This document shows positions 39,077 to 52,900 of a DNA stretch of 64,000 nucleotides, in pieces. This DNA is from Dimorphilus gyrociliatus. Taxonomy: Eukaryota; Animalia; Annelida. Position numbers and translations under genes: made by a program. The DNA lies in assembly GCA_904063045.1 (NCBI GenBank), contig CAJFCJ010000006.1, positions 868,001-932,000 of the forward strand, given 5' to 3'. Each line of letters begins with the position of its first letter. Within the stretch, counting starts at the first letter, position 1. The notes beneath the pieces were generated by a model. It was not told where the DNA came from. It searched no databases and saw only the letters and a list, made by a program, of their open reading frames with translations.

Positions 39077-39313
39077 ATGCAGAACGCTACAGTGGAAGCT
39101 TCAAAGCATTACTTATCTAAGAAACGAATTCCAGAACTTTTGCAAAGTTTGACTGTTGGTTTGCTTGCTAATGAGCCTGATGATCATATTGAGTTTTTGA
39201 TTTGCTGCTTGAAAAGTATAAAAATACATGGGACAGATAAGATTACTTGGGACTCCTTTCTTCCAGTAGACGACGAAGGTGGTCAGAAACCATTCAAATC
39301 TGAAGTGGAATGA
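39077..39313 (+). CDS. 78-aa protein consisting of an AK5-type RIIa/DPY30-like dimerisation-docking domain
   Basis: ASKHYLSKKRIPELLQSLTVGLLANEPDDHIEFLICCLKSIK..DKITWDSF aligns by eye with the adenylate kinase 5 N-terminus (AKEYLARREIPQLFESLLNGLMCSKPEDPVEYLESCLQKVK..DKVKWDTF, recalled from memory). Confidence 0.75.
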   Translation: MQNATVEASKHYLSKKRIPELLQSLTVGLLANEPDDHIEFLICCLKSIKIHGTDKITWDSFLPVDDEGGQKPFKSEVE

Positions 39314-39386
39314 ATTGCCAAAGAGTTACAAAGATTTAACTTAAAAACTCAAATGAATAACATTAAAATTCTTAAATGTTGAAATT

Positions 39387-39446
39387 TATATATATATATA
39401 TACTGTATACATATATATATATTAGTATATGTATATTATATATATG
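39387..39446. repeat. Imperfect (TA)n tract with a CTG interruption
   Basis: Direct reading. Confidence 0.85.
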
Positions 39447-39779
39447 TAATCGAAATTGGAAAACAATTATTGCCTCATAATTCCAATCAGTCCTATGCTT
39501 TTTGTAAACAAAGTATTTCATACAAATGAACGAATCTGCTATAAAATAATGTAATATTGCAGTTCAGATTATAACTGCTGATGCGATAAAATATTAAGAT
39601 TTATATTTCTTATATTTATATGAATATATAATTAAGGTATAAATTGCTAAATCAGGATGAAAAATTTAAGTGAAAACTTAAATTCTCGAAATAATATACT
39701 GTTTCGTGCAGGTGTAGTAAATAAACTGGTTGTAAAGATCGTGCATTCTATACACAAAAAACGTCTGATTCTTTAAACA

Positions 39780-42700
39780 ATGGCTGATTCTGATGACGAG
39801 CATATGTTTGATGCTCATCCTGAAGAAGATGAAGATGACGATGATCATATTAGGGTAAAAAATTCCTTATTAATTTAAAAAATAATTTTCTGTCTGAGCG
39901 ATAATATGATATTTCAAATTTCTCTTTGTAAATTTTTGTCTATCTCTCTTACTATTATGAAACCACACACTAACAAGGCTTTAAACTGAAATTTATTGCA
40001 AAAAATATTTATTCTTTTATCTGAAAACCGTTCAAATAGTATAAATCTTTCATTTTTTATAATCATTATTTGTTGCATTTATGATTCCCGGCAAGCGAAC
40101 TAACTATTGCTATTTAGTCCTTAGAACCAGAACCTGAGACGGAGGATCCCGAGGCGGTATTAGCCGAATGTGTTACTTGTTTCGAAAGCAAGGACTTCAT
40201 TATGGAATCGAATGTGTTTCAGCAGCTACAACAGTTAGTCATTTATCTTAGAAATTCTTTTTAAATAAAACTACTTCTATTTTTTAGATATTTTACTGCT
40301 GGTGGCTCTCCAGATACCGCAGTAGACTTATTATCTTCTAATTATAGTGCTTTAGCTCAAATGGCTAACTTTTTAGCCGAACTACAAATTATGGCCGGTA
40401 TTGACATAAAAGAAGTACAAGATGTTGTTGAGAATCATTTAAAGTCAATGATTATAAAATATTTTGATCCTAAACGAGCTGACTCTATTTTTACAGATGA
40501 AGGAGAGGTACGTTTAACATAAGTAGATTATTTTTATACGAATATTTTGCATTGTTTACTTGGTACTAATTAATTTGCCTTAACAGCCGCCAGCTTGGCT
40601 TGCAGAGCTAATTAATTACCCGACATGGAGGCATTTAGTTTATGAATTAGCCGAAGAATTTCCAGATTGTTTAATGTTAAACTTCACAATAAAAGTAAAT
40701 TTCTGTCATGTTTTTTCATGTATATTTTAAATATAATTTGTTTAAATGATTTTATAGCTTATATCCGACGCCGGTTATCAAGGAGAAATTACTTCTGTTT
40801 CAACAGCTTGTCATCAGATTGAAGTTTTTTCTCGAGTGCTTAAAACAACCTTGAGTGAAATTCTATTAGGAGGAGAAGCAAAAATGAAAACAATGCTTTC
40901 TGAATTTGCAGTAAGTTTTTTGTATCTTAAATTAGAACAAAAAGATCTAAAGCCATTATATTCAGAAAATGATTTGTCACGGCGAGCATACTTATTTATA
41001 TAGTCAAGTTCTTATGCAAGCTCTGTGCGATGATGTTAAAGGGTCGGCAACTATGAGACGTTTGTGTCAGGAAGTAGAAAAAATAGCAAAAGAAAGGGGA
41101 TACGATGTAACTCCAATTTCTTTGGGACTTAGTGGTGCAGCAGTTTATAAGCAGGCTTGCACAGCACTGTCAAGTATGCTTTGCAGGAACGCCTTAAATC
41201 CTGCTGATATATCAACGGTTCGTTATAAATAGAGAAGATAAAGTCATTCAAAGTGAAAATATTTTTTATCATGAACAGCTCTATAAAGTTTTTACAAGTT
41301 CAGACCCACCACCAGTATCTTTACTAAGATCGCCGTCATTGTTAGGTACATTTAAATCAATTTTAGTAAATCGCATTTTCTTTTTTTTATTTTATAGTGC
41401 AAAAATTTATATTTAAATATTTGTAGGTCTTTTTATGGAATCACTTTTTAAACCTGGAGCAAAGGTTAACCCAGAACATAAAGGAAAATATATTTTTCTA
41501 TTAGCTTACGCCAGCACAGTAGCAGAAGTTTGGAGAAGGGTGAGTAAGCCTATTATTAAACTTAGACGCCTTTCTTTATATAATTATGCTGTTCGATCGT
41601 CTTTCGATACCTATTATTTATCTGTAAAATGTTAAAGTAAATAGATTACGAAAAATAGTTAAGTTTAGGGAAAAATACGTTTAAACCGAAACCAAGACTA
41701 TTATCAGGTAATTGCAATTTTCCGTTCCAATTTCTAGTTTTAAAGACACTTTTTGTATTTCTCTTGGTTGATAGTGGATTGAAAAGAATGGAATTTTTTG
41801 TTAATTTCTCCTTCCAATTTAAAAATTTAGCTAATTTTGTACTATTCCCACCGCGCTCCTGATGTTCAGAACAATTTGGTTTTCTTTTCTTGTTTTTCTG
41901 TGAAGAATCGGTTTTTTCCATTATAGTAGTAGATTTTTCCGATATTGTTATTGCTGATTCAGGCTTACCCAAGATCTGATGTTTATCACTTGATGGTTTG
42001 TCTTTTGTATAAATATTTTTGTTTTTAAAAGTATTTATTATTTCAAAAAGTATGATTTATTAAATGGGGATTATCATATTTGTGTGAAAAATAATTGGTT
42101 ACCTTGAGAACCTCCCTCGTTGGTTTGTGAAGAACTTTTAACCTCAGGGCTAAAGATTAATTAGAACCTCAATAATTATATTTTAATCTATAGACAATTA
42201 AAAATTTACGTTAATCGATTTTCGTTATTTTGCTCTGTCTCAGTAAAGAGATAAGATGTTTTATTGAGACCACAAGAGGTGTCTTCTGTTCTTTCAACAT
42301 ATTTCAGACCTAAATTTTTTTTACGGTACTTTTGAAAAGAAACTGGTGACAAAATTCCAGCTGAAAACCATTTCGAACTTTGCTCAACAAAGCCCAAATT
42401 TTCTTCAATTATTTTTTTTATTGATAGAAATATGACATATTTTGCAAACAATTCCGCTGAGTCTTGTTCGCTAACTCCTGGTGCAGTTGAAAGACGTCTT
42501 GGACTTTCAATGCTTCTGCGTGATTTTAATAAATTTTTTTATTCCAATTCAAATAATTTAAAAGTTATTCGTACCTTAAAGATGGTCTATCCATCATTCT
42601 ACTTAAAATATCTATCATTGCAGAAGATCTGTAATTATCTTCGTATAAATAAGTGGGAATAGGTGCTTCTTCTTCAATGTCAAGATTAATCATTATAACA

Positions 42701-45700
42701 AGTCTGTCTAATAAAATCCATGATAAGTCTGTCAGTTCAGGTTGACCTAAAGTATCGATTGAATTTCCTAAGATTTTAATCGCCAGAAATTTCGAGATAT
42801 CCTCTAAGTTTCTTAAACTTAAAACGAGATTTTCTAGCCTACTATGTCTGAACAATTTCTCGGATTTCTTTCTGTACTCTAATTTTCCAACTAATTGGTT
42901 ACCAGATCCTTTTGATGAGAGCCTCTCATCTGAGGTGTAATTATTTCTTATTCTTAGACTGTCATGTTATCCCTTTGCAGTGTATTTTTTTAAAAGTACT
43001 ATTTTACTATGGTTAACAGTATGTATAATTACATTATATAGGATATATTAACGATAAAAAATGACTATTATCCTATAAATTTCATCTCAAGGGGATAAAA
43101 TAACATGTTTACCTTATAAAGTGTGCAAATTCAGAAAATATATTAAATAATTCATTAGTTTGATAAGATGGTAATTTTCTCTTATCTAAACATTCCTCCA
43201 TTATATTTAAAATCAATTTTCTAAGGGGTTTTTCGCAATTCTTATTATCACTGTGGTGTAATTCGAGTATAAGTTGAAAAGTGCACCCATCTGTATTGCT
43301 TGGTTCTCTATTTTCATTAATATCATTCGCATTTGTATGAAATATTTGATTAGGCAAATCACTTTGAGTACTGCTACGTCTCTTTTCATATTTTGAATGA
43401 TATCTTGCAAAAGAAACTCTTTTTATAAGACTTCCATCAGTAAAACCATGTTTTTCCTTAGATTGTAACTGTAAAGTAAGATATCCAATTATTTTTCTAC
43501 TGAATAGATGTAGATTAAATGTTATTATAGTTATTTAAAGAATTTACTGAATTTAACTGAAATTTATCATCATTATTATTATTTCTATTAATGGAAAGCT
43601 TCTTCAAAAATAACTTTATCTTTTCGTTTAAGTCCTTTCTAAGAGATTCTAATTCCCTTGCACATCTTAAAAGGAGTATAAAGATTTAAGACAATTTCTT
43701 TAATACGTATATTTTAGTTACTAACTTAAATGACGTATAATCGAATAATTGAGATATGAAATTATACAATTCAAAAGTTTCTCTTTGAAGATAACAATCA
43801 ATCGTTTGCAAAGAATAGAAAATACAATTGGAAAAAATTTTTTCCAATATGTAAACTTTAGAATCGATATCTTCTGAGGTCATTTTCAATGCTATTGTAT
43901 ATAGCAGTTCTAATCTGTGTTTTATATCGATAGTTTGTTCTCTTAATCGTTTGAATCTAGTTAATTTTAGCTCAGGGGTTTTAGTATCCAGGGACTGTTC
44001 GTCGAAACCAATTCTATATTTAACTTCATACATTTTCATTAGAAACAAATCTATCTGCTCGTTTGATAGTGTTGATCTAGATTTAACGCAATGTCTTGCC
44101 CGATCGATATATGTACCTAATAAATCTTTAATAAATTTCGCTGAAGACAATTCAAGTTCAATAAGGAAAAACAACAAACACCGAATACTTAAGAAGCATT
44201 CAAAGGGTATTGTTGGTAAAGTAGAATAAGATAACGCAAGGCATTCTCCTATATGAATAGCTGCTCTTCCATAATTCTCTTGACCAACTGCAAGAAGATG
44301 CTTTATTTATTCCCCCCTTTCATGTCAAATAATTAAAGATATATTACCATTATACCAAATTTTTTCTAATTTTTCTTCGATCTTATCTTGAAACTTATAC
44401 AATTCTGCCAAAGTAAACGATTTATTAACATTTCTAGTTATTATGTCTTTCATTTTTTTAGGAAGATCAAATGCAGTTCTTAGGCAAATACAATCTAGGG
44501 CTAGACCCAAAAAAAATGAAGCCAAGCTTTTATCTTCCTAGTGGGTATTTATATAGTAATCCTATACAATTCTTACTTTATTTAACTTGATAATAATACT
44601 TTTTAAAATGCAATTGTTTAAGAAATTTTTATATAAATAACCACCGTCCAATATTGTTTAGCTATATTCATGTAATACTCCGCTTTATTAGATATATCCT
44701 TTTCTAACCCAAATCCTTTTGCTTTGTATAAACCAAAGTAGTCCGCCACCAACCCACTTATATGTATTGTTGAAGAAATCATCATAAGATATGCTCTACT
44801 ATTCTCATCTTCTGATATTTCAGCCATTTCTATAAATAATTTTTCCGCTTTAAGGAAATTTAATTGGGAGAAAAGTAGTTCAAAGTGTGTATAAACAACT
44901 TGAATTCTCAACCAATTCATTTCATTCTTATCAAAATTCTCTTCAATATTCCTAATTAAAGATAAAGCTAAATCATTTCTATCAAATTTCAATAATATTT
45001 CACATTGTTTTATCATATAATATAATTTTTCATAATTTTTATAACTGTAATTAATAAGTAAAATATAGTTTTCTAATATTTCGTCATATTTATTCAATTC
45101 TTTCAAGCATTCCAATTTTAGGATGGTAATTCTTATTATAACTAATTGAAAATTCTTTTTTGCAAATTCATTTTCAATCTTTTTATAAATTTTGTATGCT
45201 TCATTCAAATAATGTAATGATTGATTAAAATCTTGAAGGTTGGCATGGATAAGACCACCCTTTTCATAAAATTTGGCAAGAAATCTGTATTTTATGTTTA
45301 AAAGAAAAATGTTTCCTTATTTTATCAAAATGATGATAAAGTTCTTAAATTAAGAGTTATTTAAAAAACCTTACAGAAAGCTCATATCCTGTAATTTTTG
45401 TGAAACGAGCATATCGTTAAAATATATTAGCGAATCGTCCCATTTAAAAATTTGTATTAAATAGTTTAATATCTTTAATTTAGTAAACAGATTTTCCTCA
45501 CTTTCACAGTCATTCCTGTTATTAGTAATAACATTTAGTAATAATAATAAACAACAGCTTTATTAATTAATATACTCTTCAGAAAGAGCACTCTGCCAGT
45601 CTTGATGACGGTTTTCTTTACAAATCAATTCATCTGTTAATGATTATGAATACTACTTGAATTATTGTTGCTTATTTGTAATTATTTTTTAATAATGAAA

Positions 45701-46896
45701 AAGAAATAATGGTTATCGCAATAAAAAAAATCGTAATACGCTCATTCGCTTAGATAAATATCACTAATACCAACCTTTACCCTTATAAGAGGTAGTTTCA
45801 ACTTTTGCATCTGACCTGCATTCCTGACAAATTTCTAGTACCCTTTCATTATACTCAAAAATATTCTTCATATGTGTACATCTATCTAAGCGAACGACAT
45901 CCGCTTTGTTACATAAATATTCCGAAATATCATTGGGTTGATTAATTGGGGGTAAAACATGTTGCTTTATTAAATATTTCCCAGATGAATCTTTCATTTC
46001 CTTTTTGAAAGCTAATATTTGTTTATCATTCATTATAATACTATTCTAGTAAATGAGTATTTTTAAAAAGGGATTGCATCAGAGTTTCTTTAAAAATCTG
46101 AATGAAATTAATATTGTATAAATTTGTTTTTATTTCAGAACATTCGTAAATCTATTAACAGAGAAGATTTAGACTGTACGAAAGATGCTTTGGAAAAAGC
46201 ATGCGAATTGTGTACAACTTGTAAAGCATCTTCGGAATTGCTTCCACATTTGCCAGACTTTTTCGATTGTCTACGTTATCCAGTTGTTGCAAAATGTGCT
46301 TTATATTGGATCGAAATAATTCTCGGCACAGAATCGTACTTTAAGTTTAACACCGATCAAACACCACTCCATCTCGCCTTATTAGATGAAGTAAGTATCT
46401 TAAATATACAAATACGAAATGTGATCTGATTAATAAGTATATTTGTTTTTGTCGCTTTCAGATAAGCACAAATCATTGTCTTCTTCATAGTCGAATTTTC
46501 GATTTACTTATATCAATCTTTGAGAGAAGCTTTAAGGAATTAGAAGATCTTGTGCAATTAGAATTAAAGAAAACTGTTGTAGATCGAATGATACATTTAA
46601 CTACATGCGACTACGTTGTGCCAGTTTTAAAGTACATAGTTTCTAAATGGAAGTCAAAAGACACAGATTTATCATTAATTAGGCATTTCATAGCGGAATT
46701 CTTTGATGTAATCGATCTACCTCTTTCCAAACAAATAATAGAAAATTTTAAACCTCTGCTTAAAGATGAAGATTTAATAGGAACCATACAAAGACACGCC
46801 GCCACCAAAGTTTTGGCTGAATTTATGGGTATATACGGAATTTTTCAAATAATTTCTCTTATTAAATTTTTGTTTTTTACAGCGGAGACGAACTAA
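39780..46896 (+). CDS. NELFCD: Negative elongation factor C/D (TH1-like), multi-exon with a 4.6 kb intron (41540-46138)
   Basis: [100 protein letters not shown] and [10 protein letters not shown]. Confidence 0.95.
41646..46033 (-). CDS. Large TPR/alpha-solenoid protein of unknown identity, nested antisense in the NELFCD intron
   Basis: A chain of same-strand ORFs (45764-46033, 44618-45208, 44325-44525, 43686-44177, 43109-43357, 42565-42855, 42206-42451, 41646-41972). The 5' exons splice in phase via GT-AG introns and include TPR-like [33 protein letters not shown]. The 3' end is approximate. Confidence 0.75.
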
Positions 46897-47350
46897 AACA
46901 AAATTTGCAAAAACAACTATAATTATACAAACAACATTTTAAAGCCGTTTAGTCGTTAATTTAATCTTTGATACCGTTAATATTCATATAAAAAGTTACT
47001 AATCAGCTCTTCAGTTATATTTGTTTTTTTGGCTGAATTGTTTTTTCTTTATCCTTTTTACATATTGTTTAAAAAACGTATAATAAAAAAGATGGTTTTG
47101 TTATTCAGATTACTGATTTAGTTTTGTAGAACAATGATTAAATGACAAAGAGAAAAAAAAATAGTGACAATCTGTTTGCTAATGATAGTATATTCTTTCG
47201 TTACAGGAAAGCGTAAGAATAATGTGTACAAACTATTGTTTATTTGCACAAAACATTTTCTTCTCAATATAAAGCTGACAGAATCGATCTCATGAAAATG
47301 TTTTAGCATTAGGAAATTTGCGTCATTTGCAAAGATTAATTTGCTAATTT

Positions 47351-49489
47351 TCAATCCAGCCAAACAAAGTTAATATTATTTGTTTCCTGCAGAAATAATG
47401 CCGAAAAGCAATCACTCAACAAAGTCGGAGAGTTTTCAATTAGATAGCTCAAGTCGATGTCAGATGTCACTTTTATAATTTTAGGTTTTAATTCCGTTAC
47501 AATTTCATTTTCAAGCTAAAAAAGAAATTTTTTTATATGTTTTACTTAGTTATTTTTTAAGCATACATACAGCTGTTTCGTAGACCACATCAACGCCATA
47601 TATCGGTTTTGAATGCTGAGAAGACTTCAATCCCATAGGGAAATTTTTTTTTGTGGAAGACTGAAATAATTTGAATATGGCAGAATGAGTTTCATTTTCG
47701 ACTTTATCCCAGTTTAATTGGGGATATTGTTGTTTCAGAGCTAATATAAATGATTCAGTATCCATTTTGTCTGCGTTCGAAGTTGTAGTCGTATGTCTTG
47801 TTTGATCATCTAAGTAATCAAGATGGTAATTTTTCTCTGCTCTACGAATAATAGTTTGCCTCAGAATGCCAATTTTCAGAGGTGAGACATCGGGAACCAA
47901 TACAAAAAATCTAAAATCGAGCTTTATTTTTGTACGTTCCTCACGCCCGAGATCTAATGTCAACGGGTATTTTACATATTTGGAGACAACCCTACGACCA
48001 CAATCCAATTGACGAATGATTTGAATCAAGTCATCTGTTATAATAGAACCTTCCATCCAAGATGAGTTCCATGGGTTGACAATCCATATGTTATCCAATT
48101 CTCTTTCTTCTCTCAAATTATAATAAGCAATAAAATGAGTCAGTTCCGTGGATAAGTTAAAAGAAATTGGATACCAATCGGGTGTTACATTAAGAGTCTG
48201 AGGATCAATTATTTCCTGTGCTCCATTCTCCGCATCTCGCCTGGCGATAACAGAGCATAGCTCCTTTGCAGTCAAAACATAGTCTCCCATAATTTGGTTG
48301 ATATATTGTCCTTTTTGTAAAAGATCGTAGCGCTTAAAATGCTTCCTTAGAAAAAGTATATCAGCATCTTTCTCCGAGTCGACGATATGAAATTTCCCAT
48401 CTAAAATTTCATCTTTAACAAACTCAAAATCGGTAAAAACCTTCAAGGGATCGTTACGACTGGGACGACAATCCCAAGTTTTGTCCTCAGCCACATGTTC
48501 GATATCTTGATAGCTTAAGAATTGATCTTCATCTTCTTCCGGAAATCGTAGAAGATCAATATTATGTGCTTCCACTAAAGAATCATCTGGCAACCAAGGC
48601 GAAAGTAATAATTTTCTATGTAAATCAGATGATACTGGTCGTTCAATGTAATTACGCGTAATTTCCTCTACAAAACAAAAAGCTAGCATAAACTTAAAGG
48701 ATAAATCTCAAATTACCTTCATAGTCTAAATCGTTCAATAAATATAACAAAGAATATGTATACATTGTCTCAGATGTTTGGTAGACAAAGGGCACTATTC
48801 TTATGTTCGGCTCATCGCAATGCTGGATTCTTGACCCAAACTCATCCATTATATACCAAATATTTTTACTTTTCCCTGTCTGTTACGTAAAATTTAAATA
48901 AACTTACAAACGAAATTGCATAATGTTTTACAATCGGATCGTGCAACGAATATGTTTGGCAAAATTTCCACATTTCTCGCAAAACTTCTTTTTCTTGGTC
49001 TTCTTCATTGGTTATATCCATTAACTGCGTCATTCTTGATACGAGGTTGGGGAAAGCTCGCAATTGCATTCTTGCCTTTTCTACTTCAAATGTCCAACAA
49101 TGATCGACGAGGAAAATACTGAAAAAGTTCTTTTTATGCATAAAAGAACGTTACGTAATTCCAAGCTTAATAGTTTATTACGCTTCTGTATCCTCTTTCC
49201 TTAAGCCATTCTCACATGTACACACCACTCTCCAGCTATAGTCTTCTCCGTCTTCGTCATGAATAAGTTTTTGTAACCCAAAATGAGCCAATGAGTCGAA
49301 TGTCTGTTATGAGTGAACGATAATACAGTTATTTTTAATAAAGTTACTATTTTCTCGTACCTCGGCTTTTAATTTTTTGTACAGAGACAGCCAAAGGTGA
49401 TCAGGTACACAATTGACTAAAAGTTGCGATTTATGAAGTTCAACAAATGCTTGATACTCAGTAGATGTTTCTAATATAGAATGAGGCAT
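47351..49489 (-). CDS. TTLL12: Tubulin tyrosine ligase-like 12 homolog (divergent)
   Basis: FVELHKSQL..VPDHLW..LYKKL, IFLVDHCWTF, EMWKFCQTY, WYIMDEFGSRIQHCDEPN, EEITRNY, SFNLSTEL..F, VVSKY and D.RF.VL. The last exon ends DCFSALFL...WLD-stop at 47351. Confidence 0.88.
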
Positions 49490-49859
49490 GGTGAAATCTT
49501 ACAGGCCTACTTCTTTAAAAAGTAACCAAAATGTTCGAGCCAGTCTAACTCCATCTTATGAACTCGAGCAGAGTTCCGGTTCTTATCTCGAAATAGGCTG
49601 TTTTATTCAAGGTGTAGATGTATAGATGTAGAGGTTATCAACATATATAGTCTCCTATCATTTAAAAGGCTTTTACTAGTCATTAAAATATCTCATCCCT
49701 ATATAAAATATATGAAATATTTGTTTTCGCGGCTATACCTGAAATTCGGCCATACGTATTTGTACATATTTTATAGTGTGTTTGTGTTTATAGTTTACTT
49801 GTATTCACTTATAATCATGTGCGGAGCGGAGGCCTGCGCTGCAGTGAATAGCCCGAACA

Positions 49860-49910
49860 ATATATATACTATACTGTATATATATATATATATATATATA
49901 TACTGTATAT
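49860..49910. repeat. (TA)n tract with two CTG interruptions
   Basis: Direct reading. Confidence 0.9.
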
Positions 49911-49996
49911 TAAGGCTCATGTATTTTCATTGAGAAAACCTGAAACAAGAACGCACTAAATATAGAACAAACAGCACAAAAGCAAAAAAAAACACA

Positions 49997-52900
49997 TTAG
50001 GAAAGTCTCCGCTTATTGCGTAGGGCGATCCTTCGGGATGGGTTACGTCTAACAGTTTTCTGTTCTACAGGAGTGGGAGGCATAGTTTTACTTCGTCCTC
50101 TCCTGGATCGTCTTAAATTGTCTGCTACAGATGTTTCTTCAATTTTATCCTTTTCGTAATGAAGATTTGTTAAAAAACTCTCATCAAACATGTCCATCCA
50201 GTCAAGTTCATTTATAGAACCTCCCAGCTTTTTCCGAATAGGACACATATCGATATGATTCAGCAAATTACCTGTATATGTGAATTGTTTTTTGCAATAT
50301 TTGCAAACTGGCGGCTGTTTAGAATCATTGCTGCCTCCTAGAACCTTAACTTTACGTAACTCTTCTTTCCTTGTACAATTTGGAATATGACGTTCTAGGG
50401 CAGTAATCGATCCCATGTACTTTCCGCAACCGCTACAAGCGTGCATATCCACAACGTTTACCTTCTCTCGACGTCTTTCGTGGCGACCTGGTTCATAAGA
50501 TATGCGACGCTTCTTTTTTACCTCATCCCTGTCTTCTTCGATAGGGAAAGTCATTCGCTTTCGTTTTCTGCGTCTCTCTGGAGTTTTGTCGTCCACATTA
50601 GTGCTTTCATGGCGTATACCAAAACCCAATTTTCTATATTTTAAATACTTTTTGCGTATAAGGCATCGAAAGTCTGATTTTTTTGGGCTTTTCTTTGTTA
50701 AGCCAGAAGCACATTGCAGAATGTGTTTATGTAGTGCAGACACCGAACTAAAGAGTTGACGGCAACGAGTGCATTTGACCTCTTTTCCGCATAATCCCAT
50801 CATTTTGTCTAAATGTTTGTGATCTCTGTTCTCAACGACAGTTTTGTCTATGTCAACATGTTCATCACATTCGGCATGACTATTTTGAATGCCGTAATGG
50901 GTTTTTTCTTGATGCTCCTTAAGGGTGTTAGCATTTTCAAATCTTACATAACATGCAAGACAAATAAATGATTTCTTAATAGGAGTCTTCTGCTTTTTTG
51001 GTTGAGTGATCGGTGAATAAGCTGGCGCCACTGGTGTTGACCACATGCCAAAAAATGTTACCGTCGGGTAAGTCTTATTCGAGTGAGCAGCAGGAGGTGA
51101 AAACCGATCACTTGGACTATTAACCGGAAGTGGAGGAGCGGTATGAGCTACCGGTGGTGAAGTCTTATTGACGCTTAAACTAGGCACATTTGATCGAGGA
51201 GATGTCAATTTAACTACAGCTTCAGATGCAGAAGAACTCAAGTCGAGTGCTGTCATTTCCTCTTCCACCTCTTCCTCTTCGTGCTCTATCTCCTCTTTCA
51301 TAGAAGGTAGCTCTGTAGGTATCTCTCCATCTTCTTCCACGGTAACATCGTGCTGTGAAGACAAATGCTGAACATAAATTGAACGGCCATAATACAGGCA
51401 GTTACAGATGAAACATTTGTACTCTTCACGGTCTGAATCATCATTTTTCCACCAACCATTCTCAGATGCATCATATTCTCGAGGTAGATTGTAAAAGCAA
51501 TAATTGGCCTTTGCGAGATCTTTTACATTTTCTCCATTACATTCCTCTGAACTTATCTCAATATTATTAACAGTACCAACAACATATTTAGATAAATTTT
51601 CAGCCACGTTAGAAGCAATTTTGGAGTAAAACTGTGGTTGTGATTGCATTTCATCAATATCGCAGGCTTTGGAAGTTGCACCATTTTTTTTCTCGTCGAT
51701 TATTAAGTGGCGTTGATGAATTTGTCGTCTATGTTTGCACATAAGCGTATAATCATGAAATCTCTTCTTACATATTGTGCATGCAAACTTATATCCTGAG
51801 GAAGAATATTTTGCTAATCTCATTGAATCAGCGATGTCTAAGGAAGTATCACTACTCTTGAATAAAGGTTGCACTGAATCTTCTAAGGACTTATAGGCAG
51901 AAACTCGTTCGGGTAAACGCTCTCTATGAACATTCCAGGAGTGTTCGGTCAACCATGAATATTTTGCAAAAAATTTTCCGCAATGGGAACACTCTATATA
52001 TTCATCGACGTGAAATTTTTTTACGTGCTTTTTCAAATCTCCTATTTGTGAAAATGAAGATGGGCAAAATTCGCATTTCCATCGAGATCCTTGATGTTCA
52101 ATTTCGTGTGACCTTTTATGATTTAACGTTGGAAAGGATTTGGCACAAAATTTACACGAGTGTGGCTTTTCACCAGCTATATATAAATAAGAAAAAACAA
52201 CCAAAACTTATTATTTAATACTTTATAACACAATTAAGATATTTTAAAATTGTTTAGGCCTATTTACCCGTATGAGTTTGCATATGCCGAACGAGATTTT
52301 GTTTGTGCGAAAATTTCATACGGCATTCCTTGCAACCATATTGATTATCTGATGGAGAAGTTGGATGATTCTTAACATGTTCTTTTAATTCAAATACTCG
52401 AGCAAACGTCATTTGACAAAGATTACATCGGAAAATTTCTTCGCCTGAACAAGCCTTTGGTTCTACTTCATTTTCTCCTGAATTTGACGACATAGAGCTT
52501 GAACAACGCGTATTTTCTTTATCGACCTCAGAAGTATCCCCCTCCCCTTCACCATCCTCTTCTTTCACTGACACTCCTTTGTTTATTTGATTAATGCTCA
52601 CGCAACAATTTCCTAGATCGCTTTGGCTAACAAACTTAAGGTTAACATGATTCCTTATAAAATGTCTTTTCAAGGAAAAAGAATGTCTGTAGATGGCTTG
52701 ACACACTTCGCACTTGAATATCTTTTTGCCCTTGACCTTGTGATAGGACTTTATTTCAAACTGAAAATAACCACTCTTACTGAGAGCATAGTCATCAGCA
52801 TTTGGTAGAGGAGTAATAGGTTCCTCCTCCCTATCGACCTGATCTCTATCTAGCTCCTTCCCTGAACATCTATCCTCTTTATTTTTTTCTAATTTTTTCA

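Noticed and set aside
41646-46033. Calling the nested gene separase (ESPL1)
   Set aside because: No C50 peptidase motifs (GHG, GCSS) are present. Only generic helical/TPR character is visible.
49533-49545. GTTCGAGCC resembling a tRNA T-loop/B-box
   Set aside because: No flanking T-stem, acceptor stem or A-box, so no cloverleaf can be built.
50441-52808. Plus-strand ORFs antisense to the zinc-finger gene, and similar antisense ORFs at 2595, 7340, 7685, 18885, 23738, 24352, 32462, 43951, 55399 and 56820
   Set aside because: They are shadows of well-supported coding exons on the opposite strand, with no independent domain signal.
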